Made by a program: the position numbers and the translations under genes
Shown: positions 46,149-56,101 of the stretch, piece after piece
Numbering within the stretch: position 1 is the first letter of the stretch
Layout of the letters: each line of letters begins with the position of its first letter
Notes under the pieces: generated by a model
Seen by the model: the letters and a program-made list of their open reading frames with translations, nothing else
The model's database searches: none
Told to the model about the DNA's origin: nothing
From: Lentisphaerota bacterium
GTDB taxonomy: Bacteria > Verrucomicrobiota > Kiritimatiellia > UBA8416 > JABMPJ01
Direction: 5' to 3'
NCBI GenBank assembly: GCA_013203785.1
Contig: JABMPJ010000161.1
Span: forward strand, 10,449 to 74,448
Length of the DNA: 64,000 nucleotides

Positions 46149-48098
46149 GTGAACCAATTCAAGCTCCGCATACCGGACCTGGATTACTGGAGGGAAAACA
46201 TTCCCTGCCAGTCCGCCTGTCCGGTTCAGACCGATGCACGCGGCTATGTCCGCGCCATCGCAGCGGGACGCTTTGAAGAGGCGTATCTGATCGCGCGGGG
46301 TCCCAATCCACTCGCCTCGATCTGTGGTCGTGTCTGTGCCGCGCCGTGCGAGATGGCCTGCCGGCGCGGGGCGATCGATGCACCCATCTCTATTCGAGCT
46401 CTCAAACGCTTTGTAACCTCCGCCCATGGGGCCGAAGCCACCCCGCCCGAAGCGCTCCTTACCTACCTGGAATCCAAATTGACCGAGCGCCAGTGCGAAG
46501 GCCGCGAAGAGCTACGCCAGTTCATGGCAAACCATCCCACCTCAGCACCCAAGGCCGATGCACCCAGCGTCGCGATTGTGGGTGCCGGTCCGGCCGGTCT
46601 AGCCTGCGCGCATGATCTGGCTCTCTTCGGGTTCCGCCCGGTGATCTACGAGCTGGAGGACCGCGCCGCCGGTATGCTTTATGTGGGCGTACCGGAATAT
46701 CGCCTGCCGCGCGACCTGATTCAGGCCGAGGTTGCCTCGATCAAGGCGATGGGCGTCGAAATCAGATGCAACGTCGCGGTGGGCCGTGATGTCACGCTGG
46801 ATGCGCTGCGCGAAGAGCATGCCGCCGTGGTGCTCTGCGTCGGGGCCAAGAAGAGCCGCGCCCTCCCCGTCCCCGGGGTAGAGGGTCCCGGCGTCCTCCC
46901 CGGCATTGATTTCCTGCGCGATGTGGCTCTGGGCCGTAGCGTCACCCTCGGCAAAACCATCGTGGTCATCGGCGGTGGCAGCGTTTCCTACGACGTCGCC
47001 CGTAGCGCCTGGAGGACCAGCGGCCCCATGGACACGGAGATGGTGGCACCCGAACAGACTGCCGCCCATATGGCGTACGAGGATGTCAGCAGCGTCGCGG
47101 CACGGCAATCGCAGGGCGAGGTCCACCTCTGCTGCCTCGAAAGTCGCGAGCAGATGCTGGCCGACCCGATGGATATTCGCGAAGGCGAGGAAGAGGGTAT
47201 CGTGCGCCACAACAGTGTGGGACCGCAGGAAGTGCTTCGCGACGGCGATGGCAAAGTGATCGGCGTCCGGTTTGCACCCGTCCTGAGCCTCTTCGACGCG
47301 GATGGCCGTTTCAGTCCGAAATTTGACATGGAGAATACGCATGTGGTGGAGTGCGATACGGTGCTCGTCGCGATCGGACAGCTCTGCGACCTGAGCTTCC
47401 TTGAAGAACGGCATGGCGTTGCACTCGATCCGCGCGGCTATCCCAAGCACAACCCCGAATCGCTAATGACCAGCGGCGACGGCATTTTTGTCTCGGGTGA
47501 CCTTCAGACCGGGCCCCGCCTGATCATCGACGCGGTTGCTTCAGGTAAGAAGGCCGCCCGTGGGGTGCTGACCTACATCACCGGCAAGACCGTCTCCTTT
47601 GGCGCCACCGAGCTGCATATCGATATTGAGGATTATCGGCGCGAACAGGGCTACGAGACCATCCCACGCGCTGAGATCGAGACCATCGCTCCGGGCCAAA
47701 GGCGCGAGATGTCCGCCGTGGTTGAGAGTGGTTACGGAGAGGCCGAAGCGTTACGCGAAGCGTCACGCTGTCTCGACTGCGGAGTCAACACGATCTTTAA
47801 CGGTGAACGCTGCGTGCTATGCGGTGGCTGTGCCGATGTTTGCCCGGAGCTCTGCCTCAAGCTCGTCTCACTGGATCATACCGATCCCAACGATGAGACA
47901 TTGCAGGCCCTCATACGGCACGTCGTGGGCGACGGCGCCCCCTCCGATGCCTCTATGATCATTAAAGATGAGACGCGCTGCATTCGGTGTGGCCTGTGCG
48001 CCGAGCGCTGTCCAGCCGACGCGATCACAATGGAACGTTTCTGCTTTACGGAGCAGACCCAGTATTCAGTAACCGTAGGAGATGCGAGTCATGGCTAA
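46149..48098 (+). CDS. GltD-like NAD(P)H-dependent FAD oxidoreductase with N-terminal Fe-S and C-terminal 2x[4Fe-4S] ferredoxin domain
   Basis: 649 aa. N-terminal Cys cluster (PCQSACPVQTDARGYV...CGRVCAAPCEMACRRG). VAIVGAGPAGLACAHDL FAD/NAD(P) Rossmann. CVLCGGCADVCPE and CIRCGLCAERCPADAI ferredoxin motifs. Confidence 0.75.
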   Translation: MNQFKLRIPDLDYWRENIPCQSACPVQTDARGYVRAIAAGRFEEAYLIARGPNPLASICGRVCAAPCEMACRRGAIDAPISIRALKRFVTSAHGAEATPPEALLTYLESKLTERQCEGREELRQFMANHPTSAPKADAPSVAIVGAGPAGLACAHDLALFGFRPVIYELEDRAAGMLYVGVPEYRLPRDLIQAEVASIKAMGVEIRCNVAVGRDVTLDALREEHAAVVLCVGAKKSRALPVPGVEGPGVLPGIDFLRDVALGRSVTLGKTIVVIGGGSVSYDVARSAWRTSGPMDTEMVAPEQTAAHMAYEDVSSVAARQSQGEVHLCCLESREQMLADPMDIREGEEEGIVRHNSVGPQEVLRDGDGKVIGVRFAPVLSLFDADGRFSPKFDMENTHVVECDTVLVAIGQLCDLSFLEERHGVALDPRGYPKHNPESLMTSGDGIFVSGDLQTGPRLIIDAVASGKKAARGVLTYITGKTVSFGATELHIDIEDYRREQGYETIPRAEIETIAPGQRREMSAVVESGYGEAEALREASRCLDCGVNTIFNGERCVLCGGCADVCPELCLKLVSLDHTDPNDETLQALIRHVVGDGAPSDASMIIKDETRCIRCGLCAERCPADAITMERFCFTEQTQYSVTVGDASHG

Positions 48099-48573
48099 GA
48101 AGAAAACAGACAAGGGCGTAGACTGTGATCGTCGGGCATTCATTACCGGCAAAGGGTGGTTGCCAGCATTTGTGGGGGCGATCGGTCTGGCCGGGCTGGG
48201 CTCGATCGTCGGACTGAAGCCGCGCGTTCTGCCGGATCCCTCGGCCCAGTTTAAGATCGGCCCACCGCAGGACTTCCCGGTCGGAACGGTCAAGGTGTTC
48301 GACGAGGAGAAGGTTACCATTTTTCACGACCATGACGGGATGTACGCGATCTCACTGGTGTGCACGCACCTGGGGTGTATTGTGAGCTACAATGACGCGG
48401 ATGCGCGGTTTGACTGTCCCTGCCACGGCTCAAAGTTTACGCTCCAGGGCAAGGTGCTTAAGGCTCCGGCACCACGCGCACTCGACTGGTTCGAAATCTC
48501 AGCGCTCCCGAGCGGGCAACTGATGGTGGATCGGGGCGTGACCGTTCCAATGGGAACGAAGGTGGTCGTATGA
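48082..48573 (+). CDS. Rieske [2Fe-2S] iron-sulfur protein (bc-complex type), Tat signal
   Basis: 163 aa. RRAFITG Tat motif with TM anchor. CTHLGC...CPCHGS boxes. Confidence 0.85.
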   Translation: MRVMAKKKTDKGVDCDRRAFITGKGWLPAFVGAIGLAGLGSIVGLKPRVLPDPSAQFKIGPPQDFPVGTVKVFDEEKVTIFHDHDGMYAISLVCTHLGCIVSYNDADARFDCPCHGSKFTLQGKVLKAPAPRALDWFEISALPSGQLMVDRGVTVPMGTKVVV

Positions 48574-50126
48574 GCGACACACCCAGGAAATCAGGATTCG
48601 GTGAGCTGCTCGCTAATCTGCGCGCACTCCCGCGGAACCTGACGGCCAGCATCAATCGCCGCAGTTCGGGTGAGAGCGCACGCGGACGATCGCAGTCGGT
48701 CTTCGGCAATGTCTTTCTACACATTCACAGCGTGCGGACCCACCGCTGGACCCTGCGCCCCCGCTTCACGATGGGCCTCGGTGTCGCCTCAGGCGTTCTC
48801 TTCCTGATGCTGGTGGTTTCTGGTGCCGTGCTGATGGTGCACTATGTCCCCTCCGTCAGCGGGGCCTATAATTCGGTCAAGAATATCCATTTTGTGGTGC
48901 CGGGCGGGCGCGTGATTCGTAACCTGCATCGCTGGGCGGCCTACGGCATGGTCGTGGCGGTCTTCCTGCACATGGTTCGGGTCTTCTACACGAACTCCTA
49001 CAAGAGTCCACGTGAGTTCAACTGGATCATCGGCGTCATTCTCTTTGTCCTGACCCTGGGACTGGCTTTCACCGGCTACTGCCTGCCTTGGGATCAGTTG
49101 GCCTATTGGGCCATCACGATCGGCGCGAATATCGCGGGCAGCCCGGCCGAGGTCACCGATGCCATCGGCATCACGGACATGATCGATATCGGCGGCTTTC
49201 AGAAACTACTCATGCTGGGCTCCAATACCCCCGGCGAGTCGGCCCTGCTGCGCTTCTACTGGGGTCACTGCGTCGTCCTTCCGCTGGCTATGGTCATGTT
49301 CCTGGCGGCCCATTTCTGGCGCATCCGCAAGGATGGCGGCCTCTCCCGTCCGGATGATATCCGCGATGAGGAGCTGATCGGTACGCCTTGTGACCCGCTC
49401 GCCGAAGAGGTCTTCAAACCCGAGACCAAGACCTATGGCCTGATGTGCCTGGTCAAGGATCGCAGCGGTAACGTCAACCGCGGACCGGAGCGCACGGTGC
49501 TGAGCTGGCCCCATGTCCTGCGCGCCGAAGTTGCCATTGCGATGATCCTGCTGGCCATCATGCTGCTCCTGGCGATCTTCATTGATGCCCCGCTCAAAGA
49601 GATGGCCAACCCCTCCGTGCCCGAAAACCCGGCCAAGGCGCCGTGGTACTTCCTGGCGATGCAGGAAGTCATCTCCTACTCCGCCTTCTCGGGCGGCATG
49701 GTCCTGCCGGGCATTACGGTTCTGATGTTGATGATGATCCCCTATCTCGATCGGCGCGAAGGCGGAACCGGTCGCTGGTTTGGCGTGCCCGGTGACCGTC
49801 GATTGGCCATCGGCAGCGCCATCGCCATGGCGGTCGCCGTTGTCTCTATGCTGACCTTCACGGTCAAGGTGGGCTGGTTGCGCGACTGGTTCCCCGACAC
49901 CAACCAGATCCTGATTACGACGGTCAACCCCGGCACCGTGCTGGCCGCCTTTACGACCCTGCTCACGCTGGGGGCACTCATGGTGACGGGCTCAACACGC
50001 AAGAGTGCGATTGTCTTCTTCACCTGCTTTCTTGTGAGCTTTGTGATTCTGACCTATTTCGCCCTCGTCCACCGTGGCCCCAACTGGGACTTCTACTGGT
50101 GGCCTTCACTATGGCCGACCCACTAG
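48570..50126 (+). CDS. cytochrome b (bc-complex, b/b6 N- and C-terminal regions fused)
   Basis: 518 aa. ATGA overlap with the Rieske stop. Heme-ligand His in NLHRWAAYGMVVAVFLHMVRVFYT and LPWDQLAYWA (PEWY-like). Multi-TM. Confidence 0.85.
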   Translation: MSDTPRKSGFGELLANLRALPRNLTASINRRSSGESARGRSQSVFGNVFLHIHSVRTHRWTLRPRFTMGLGVASGVLFLMLVVSGAVLMVHYVPSVSGAYNSVKNIHFVVPGGRVIRNLHRWAAYGMVVAVFLHMVRVFYTNSYKSPREFNWIIGVILFVLTLGLAFTGYCLPWDQLAYWAITIGANIAGSPAEVTDAIGITDMIDIGGFQKLLMLGSNTPGESALLRFYWGHCVVLPLAMVMFLAAHFWRIRKDGGLSRPDDIRDEELIGTPCDPLAEEVFKPETKTYGLMCLVKDRSGNVNRGPERTVLSWPHVLRAEVAIAMILLAIMLLLAIFIDAPLKEMANPSVPENPAKAPWYFLAMQEVISYSAFSGGMVLPGITVLMLMMIPYLDRREGGTGRWFGVPGDRRLAIGSAIAMAVAVVSMLTFTVKVGWLRDWFPDTNQILITTVNPGTVLAAFTTLLTLGALMVTGSTRKSAIVFFTCFLVSFVILTYFALVHRGPNWDFYWWPSLWPTH

Positions 50127-50142
50127 TGCAGCTAGGAAGCAT

Positions 50143-52719
50143 ATGATGAATAGTCAACGTATCAAGCAGCTGATCTTGGGTGCCAGCCTGGTCGCCATCG
50201 TCCTGATGGTGTTTGCCGCACTGCGTGAGAATGTTTTCGTGGAGTACAAGTTCCACCAACGGCGCTATCGCAAACAGCTCGTGGCCATGGCGGAAACACC
50301 AGAGCAGCTCGCCAAAGCCAAGGCCTACCCCATTCAGATGCGCCAACTCGTTCTGCCCGATCTGGGCCGGACGGACCGCTGCGTATCCTGCCACGTCGGC
50401 ATCGAGGATCCGCGCATGGCCGGGGCCCCGGCGCCCTTGGTCTACCATCCCGATGGCCTGCTCGAAACGCACGATATCCGGCAGATGGGCTGTACGGTCT
50501 GCCATGACGGACAAGGCCTCGCCACCAATCGCAAAGATGCGCATGCCAACGAGGTCAAGTTCTGGGAGTCGCTACGGCTGCACGATGATCTGACCCAGGC
50601 CAACTGCCTGCGCTGCCATTATGTCGAGAGTTTGCCCGAAGCCACGACCCTCCAGCTGGGCCGCAAGCTCTTCGCCGAGAACGGCTGCCTGGGGTGCCAT
50701 AAGAAGGATCGTGTGGGCGGCTTCCTGGGCCCTGACCTGACCACCATCGGTGACGCCTCGTTTCATATCAAGGCACCCCATGGGGAGGATCGCCAGGAGA
50801 TCATTGGCAAGTTCGACCACAATCTCAACATGGCCTATCTCTTTGAGTCCGTCAAAACCCCCAGTCTGGCCCCTGGCGACAGCATCATGCCCGATAATGA
50901 TTTCTCCGACAAAGAGGCCCATGCCTTGGCGGTCTACCTGAAGAGCTTCCAGACCCGCAAGGTTCCGGATTCCCTGCAGGACTTCGACAAGCATCTGCCT
51001 CAGCCCACCGGGCGGACCCTTTTCCTGGAATTCTGCGCGGCTTGCCACGGCAAAAATGGTGAGGGCGCCCCCCTTCCCGACCACAGCAAGCAGGGACCCT
51101 CGCTGGCCGGCAATGGGTTCCAGTCGATCGCCACGCTGGACTTTGTCAGGAAGATCGTCTTCGAATCGGGCAGCTCGCTCATGCCCAACTGGGGCAAGTC
51201 CGGCGGCCTCTCGCCCGAGCAGATTGAGTTGGTCAGTCGCTACGTCCTAACCCTGCGTGAGCCGCCGCCCGCACCGGAGCCGGATTACGTCGGGCGCGTC
51301 GATTACGGCAAGATCCGCTTCGAGAGTCGCTGCGCGGGCTGCCACGGCATCGAAGGCAACTACGAGATTGACCTAATCGGACCGACCCTCTCAAGCCCGG
51401 ACTTTCTCACCTTCGCCTCGCATGCATTTCTCACAAAGACCATTATGGATGGCCGCCCAAACACCGCCATGCCGAGCTGGAATTTCCTGCGCGACCGCGA
51501 GATTAAGGACATCGTGGCCTATCTGGCCCGTCCACGCAGCGAGCCCCCATCGCTTGCGGCGGTGCAGGCCGAAGCGCGCGAGCCCAACGCCGCCGCTCAG
51601 GGCGCACACCTCTTCCGTAGCCGTTGCGGCTCCTGCCACGGGACCGGGGCCGAAGGCGGAATCGGGCCCTCGCTCAATACATCCGAGTTCCTGGGCCTGG
51701 CGTCGGATGACTTCATTCACAAGACCGTCACGCAGGGACGACGCGGCACCGCCATGGGCGGCTGGTCGCAGTTGAGCGCACGCGAGCTGGGTAGTATCCT
51801 CGCCTTCCTGCGCAGCTTCCCTGCCGCGCCGATCCGCTCGCCCGCCGGTCAGGCCGTTGCGAGTGAGAGTAAGGGACGCATCAATTTTGAGCGGACCTGC
51901 GTCGCCTGTCATGGTGCAGGCGGCAAGGGCTTGATCGGGCCGGCCATCGGCAACCACGACTTTCTGGACGCCGTGGATGACCAGTTCCTGCGCGAGACCA
52001 TTCGTTATGGACGCATGGGTACCGCCATGCGCTCCAACCTCGAAGGCACCGCAAGCTTTGCCTCCTTCTCCGAGCACGAGATCGAAGAGATTATCGCCTA
52101 TATGCGCACCCTGCGTAACGTGCCGTTCGTGACGATCGGCCAGACCATCATGCAGGGCGACATCTCGCTCGGGCGTGAGCTGTTCGCGCGTAGCTGCGCC
52201 CAGTGCCACGGTGAGTTCGGAGGAGGAGGTTCAGGGCCTGCGGTGGGTCGCCCCGGCTTCCTGGTCACAGTGAGCGATGGCTTTATCGCGGGCACCATCG
52301 CCAATGGCCGCTCCGGCACGGAGATGCGTTCCTTTGCGCGTGGCCAAGGTGCCCTGACCGAACTCTCGGAACATGAGATTCGCTCGATCGTGACCTACTT
52401 GCGCTCCGAGGAGGACGTCGTCCATCAGACGCCCAAGCTCACACTGGGTACGCCCGCACGCGGCGCCATGCTCTACGAGGGACAGTGTGCGCAGTGCCAT
52501 GGCACCACGACCGATGAAGGTTTTGCCCCGCGCCTGCTCAACCCCAAGTTCCTGGAAGCCGCCAGCGATTCCTATCTGCAGGCCACTATGTCGCTGGGAC
52601 ACGGCACCACAATGCGCTCAATGATTCGGGGAGGCTCAGGCGTGGTCGAAATGAGCGGCCGAGATATTAACGATATCATTCAGTACCTACGGGAGACGGT
52701 GCCAACCGATTCGTTCTAG
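50143..52719 (+). CDS. membrane-anchored decaheme cytochrome c (4 N-terminal CxxCH + 6 mono-heme class-I-like domains)
   Basis: ORF from 50074; preferred ATG 50143 after AGGAAG RBS. Ten CxxCH sites: CVSCH, CTVCH, CLRCH, CLGCH, CAACH, CAGCH, CGSCH, CVACH, CAQCH x2. Conserved Met ligands (TAMPSW, TAMGGW, TAMRSN, TEMRSF, TTMRSM). N-terminal TM helix. Confidence 0.8.
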   Translation: MMNSQRIKQLILGASLVAIVLMVFAALRENVFVEYKFHQRRYRKQLVAMAETPEQLAKAKAYPIQMRQLVLPDLGRTDRCVSCHVGIEDPRMAGAPAPLVYHPDGLLETHDIRQMGCTVCHDGQGLATNRKDAHANEVKFWESLRLHDDLTQANCLRCHYVESLPEATTLQLGRKLFAENGCLGCHKKDRVGGFLGPDLTTIGDASFHIKAPHGEDRQEIIGKFDHNLNMAYLFESVKTPSLAPGDSIMPDNDFSDKEAHALAVYLKSFQTRKVPDSLQDFDKHLPQPTGRTLFLEFCAACHGKNGEGAPLPDHSKQGPSLAGNGFQSIATLDFVRKIVFESGSSLMPNWGKSGGLSPEQIELVSRYVLTLREPPPAPEPDYVGRVDYGKIRFESRCAGCHGIEGNYEIDLIGPTLSSPDFLTFASHAFLTKTIMDGRPNTAMPSWNFLRDREIKDIVAYLARPRSEPPSLAAVQAEAREPNAAAQGAHLFRSRCGSCHGTGAEGGIGPSLNTSEFLGLASDDFIHKTVTQGRRGTAMGGWSQLSARELGSILAFLRSFPAAPIRSPAGQAVASESKGRINFERTCVACHGAGGKGLIGPAIGNHDFLDAVDDQFLRETIRYGRMGTAMRSNLEGTASFASFSEHEIEEIIAYMRTLRNVPFVTIGQTIMQGDISLGRELFARSCAQCHGEFGGGGSGPAVGRPGFLVTVSDGFIAGTIANGRSGTEMRSFARGQGALTELSEHEIRSIVTYLRSEEDVVHQTPKLTLGTPARGAMLYEGQCAQCHGTTTDEGFAPRLLNPKFLEAASDSYLQATMSLGHGTTMRSMIRGGSGVVEMSGRDINDIIQYLRETVPTDSF

Positions 52720-52757
52720 AAACAATGTAGACACAAACGGAAGACAGGAGAGATACC

Positions 52758-55475
52758 ATGAAGTCAAAAGGCTATAATATATCGCGGCGTGCATTCATCG
52801 AGGGATCGGTAGCCGGATCGGCCGCCCTCGGACTGGGCGGAGTGATCTTCGCACCGGAAACACTGAAGGCGGAAATTGGCAACACGGCACGCGTGAAGAC
52901 CTGTCTGGCCCAATGCCCTTACTGCGGTGTGGGCTGTGGATCGGTGATCAAGTACGAAGCCGACTCGGGTCGTATCCTGGGGGTCGTACCCGATAAACAG
53001 CATCCCACCAACAAGGGAATTCAGTGCATCAAGGGGCTTAACGCTGATGAGCCGGTCTATATCGACCGACTCACCAAAGTGCTCGTCCGCAAGGACAGGA
53101 GCGACCCGATCAGTGGGCATGTCTCCAAGACCAAGGGCAGCTTCAACGATAGTGATTTTGAGGAGATGTCCTACGAAGATGCCGAGCATCTCGTGGCCGA
53201 CAAGATCGCGGAGATTTATAAGAAGTGGGGGGGCAACTCCATCGGGCTCTATGGCTCCGGCCAGCTCACGGTTGAGACCCAGTGGATCGAGAACAAGATG
53301 CTCAAGGGCATGCTAGGCTCCAACTCGATCGAGGCCAACGCACGTACCTGCATGACGTCGGCCGTAACGGCCTACTTTGCCACCCTCGGTTCGGATACGC
53401 CGCCGCTCTGTTACGACGATATTGAAGAAGCCGACATGATCAGCTTCTGGGGACATAACCCGCGCGCCGCCCACACCATCGTCTTCTGGCGCGTGGCCGA
53501 TCATAAACTGAAGAAGGGTATTCCGACCCTGGTCGTTGATCCGCGCCGCACTGGTTCCGTGCAGGCCCTGGAGTCGATCAATCCCGAGAACTCCTATCAC
53601 TTCCCCACCATCAACGGCGACATCTCCTGCCTCAACGCGATCGGCCACTGCCTCGTGACGGAACATCAGGACGTGATCGATTATGACTTTCTGAAAGCCA
53701 ACGTCGTGGGATGGGAAGACTACATCAAGATGGTGACGGAAGACTACGCCCCGGAGGCCGTCTTCGACCGCACCGGTGTGGACCCGGCGCACATCCACAA
53801 AGTGGCGGACGAATGGGCCGACGCAAGCCGCAAGGGTAAGCGGCGTGGGCGCGGTGGCGTGCTCACCATGTGGGGCATTGGCTACAACCAGCACATCCAC
53901 GGACAGCACAACGTTATCTCGATCATCAACCTGCACGCCCTCACGGGTGATCTGGGACGCCCCGGCTGCGGACCGTTCTCGATGACCGGACAGCCTAACG
54001 CAATGGGCGAACGCTTCACGGGCGGCCTGACCGACCGACTCCCCTTCAATCAGGGGCTCAAGGGACCGGGCGGCTTGAACATGAAGGGGATCGAACAGAT
54101 CGCCAAGGCCTGGAACTGCCCGCCGGAGCGCCTGATCGAGGCGGCAGGCCACAAGAACCCAGGCATGATGGTCGGTCAGTTCGAACGCGCCCTGATGGAC
54201 CAGGCCACGCTGGACCGCAATGGACTGGACCCCATGAAGGCCATGTTCTACTGCTACACAACCCATATTCATCAGCCCGACGTGAACAACCTTGTTCGTC
54301 CGGCGCTTGAGAAGATGTTCGTCGTGGTGCAAGACATCTATCGTCATGCACCCAACCTGCTCTACGGGGACATCATCTTCCCCGCCCTCACGTGGGGCGA
54401 ATGGCAGGGCGGCACCTACATCTCATCCGAACGCCGCTTCAATGTCGTCGATGGCGTCGGAAAAGGCGCACCCGGCTTTGAGAAGTGCCTGCCAGACATG
54501 GACCTGGCGATCGACAAAGGCAAAGCGATTGCCAAGGCCATCGGCATGTCGGAGGCCGAAGTGAAGAAGATGTGGCCCTACACCAAGAAGAAGTTTCATC
54601 CCAATGGCCCCGAGTTGTACGACCCCGAGGAGGTCTTTGAGGAGATCGTTCGCGGCAGCAAGGGCGCTGACTGTGATCTGACCGGCATGCTTGAAGTGCG
54701 AGAGCGCGATGGCATCGGCCTTTATGATCAAATCCGCCGCCTGCGCGGCGTGCAGTGGCCCGCGCCGACCTATGCCCATGCCAAGCAGGGCGGCGTTTCG
54801 CGGCGCTACATGGGACAGGAGGGCTGGGACGACAAGCCCTACGGCAACTTCCGCACGCCGGACGGCAAGCTCCACATGAAGAGCTGCAAACAGGATTACA
54901 CGGACAAGGATGCCGTCATCGCCGATCTACGCAAGATGGGAACCGATCCCAACTACTTCGCTTCCGATCATAAGGACGTGCTGATCAAGGCACGTGATAT
55001 GGCGCTTCCGCCCGAATGGCCGGACGAGGACTTCCGTGGGCGCCGTTGGGATGCGGTCCCGAAAGACAAGTACCCGCTCTGGCTGGGCCTCGGAATCGTG
55101 TACGAGCACTTCCACACGGCCAAGACCATTCGCGGGGCCACCACACGCCGCCTCGTGCCCGAACAGTATGTCGAAATCCATCCTGAAGACGCCAAGGATC
55201 TGGGTGTGAACGATGGCGATATGGTGCGCATCATCACGCGGCGGGGCAGTTACGAGGGCCGCGTATCGATTGGCGGACTCCACTCCAAAGTGCGGCCAGC
55301 CCGTAACGAGGTACCACGTGGCTATGTCTTCAGCCCCTGGAATCTCTCGGTGGCCGACTCGGCCGATCCGAAGAAGAACAAGTGGATGGTCAATGCCTCG
55401 AGCCACCGTGCCTATGACCCCGTGTCCGGGCAGGTCGACTTCAAGAAGCTCGCCGCACGGATTGAACGCGTCTAG
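52758..55475 (+). CDS. napA: periplasmic nitrate reductase catalytic subunit NapA-like (molybdopterin oxidoreductase, Tat signal)
   Basis: 905 aa. RRAFIEGSVAGSAALG Tat signal. CLAQCPYCGVGCG 4Fe-4S motif. Long blocks similar to NapA (NARTCMTSAV...CYDDIEEADM; NQHIHGQHNVISIINLHALTGDLGRPGCGPFSMTGQPNAMG; C-terminal LWLGLGIVYEHFHT...HPEDAKDLGVNDGDMV). Confidence 0.75.
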   Translation: MKSKGYNISRRAFIEGSVAGSAALGLGGVIFAPETLKAEIGNTARVKTCLAQCPYCGVGCGSVIKYEADSGRILGVVPDKQHPTNKGIQCIKGLNADEPVYIDRLTKVLVRKDRSDPISGHVSKTKGSFNDSDFEEMSYEDAEHLVADKIAEIYKKWGGNSIGLYGSGQLTVETQWIENKMLKGMLGSNSIEANARTCMTSAVTAYFATLGSDTPPLCYDDIEEADMISFWGHNPRAAHTIVFWRVADHKLKKGIPTLVVDPRRTGSVQALESINPENSYHFPTINGDISCLNAIGHCLVTEHQDVIDYDFLKANVVGWEDYIKMVTEDYAPEAVFDRTGVDPAHIHKVADEWADASRKGKRRGRGGVLTMWGIGYNQHIHGQHNVISIINLHALTGDLGRPGCGPFSMTGQPNAMGERFTGGLTDRLPFNQGLKGPGGLNMKGIEQIAKAWNCPPERLIEAAGHKNPGMMVGQFERALMDQATLDRNGLDPMKAMFYCYTTHIHQPDVNNLVRPALEKMFVVVQDIYRHAPNLLYGDIIFPALTWGEWQGGTYISSERRFNVVDGVGKGAPGFEKCLPDMDLAIDKGKAIAKAIGMSEAEVKKMWPYTKKKFHPNGPELYDPEEVFEEIVRGSKGADCDLTGMLEVRERDGIGLYDQIRRLRGVQWPAPTYAHAKQGGVSRRYMGQEGWDDKPYGNFRTPDGKLHMKSCKQDYTDKDAVIADLRKMGTDPNYFASDHKDVLIKARDMALPPEWPDEDFRGRRWDAVPKDKYPLWLGLGIVYEHFHTAKTIRGATTRRLVPEQYVEIHPEDAKDLGVNDGDMVRIITRRGSYEGRVSIGGLHSKVRPARNEVPRGYVFSPWNLSVADSADPKKNKWMVNASSHRAYDPVSGQVDFKKLAARIERV

Positions 55476-55495
55476 AAAAAGTGTAAGATGCTCAC

Positions 55496-56101
55496 ATGAA
55501 GCCGATGACCAGGCGACGCCTGCTTGAGGTATTGCTTTCTGCGGCTACGGTCACGGCCATCTCCGGATGGCTGGTGCGTAGTCGCAGAAGCATGCTGGCC
55601 CATGCCACCAAATGGCGTGATGCGGTCATCCGCCCGCCCGCCGCGCTTCCCGAGGCCGAATTCCTCTCGCGCTGCATCGGCTGCGGACAGTGCGCTGACG
55701 TCTGCCCCAACGGCTGCATTCAGTTCGATCGCACCACCGGCGGGATCGGCGCCCCCTACCTCCGCCTGCGCGAGAAGGCCTGTATCCTCTGCATGCGCTG
55801 TACACAGGCCTGCCCCACCGGCGCGCTGCAAGCCGTTCCCTCTGATAGTGGTGAGGATATTCAGGCCCACGTCCGTATGGGTACCGCGATCGTGGATGAG
55901 AACATCTGCAACTCTTATAACGGCTACGCCTGCGGTGCCTGTGTACAGGCCTGCCCGTTCAAAGGCACAGCGCTCAAAGCCCTGACGTGGGAGCGACCCG
56001 TGGTGGATCCCGACTACTGTGTCGGCTGCGGTCTGTGCGAGAAGGCCTGTATCGTCTACCCGCAAGCCATTCGCGTGAAGCCCCAATCGGTCATCGCATG
56101 A
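55496..56101 (+). CDS. napG: NapG/MauM-like periplasmic ferredoxin (Tat signal, 4x[4Fe-4S])
   Basis: TRRRLL Tat motif. Four Cys clusters (CIGCGQCADVCP, CILCMRCTQACP, CGACVQACP, CVGCGLCEKAC). Confidence 0.75.
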   Translation: MKPMTRRRLLEVLLSAATVTAISGWLVRSRRSMLAHATKWRDAVIRPPAALPEAEFLSRCIGCGQCADVCPNGCIQFDRTTGGIGAPYLRLREKACILCMRCTQACPTGALQAVPSDSGEDIQAHVRMGTAIVDENICNSYNGYACGACVQACPFKGTALKALTWERPVVDPDYCVGCGLCEKACIVYPQAIRVKPQSVIA

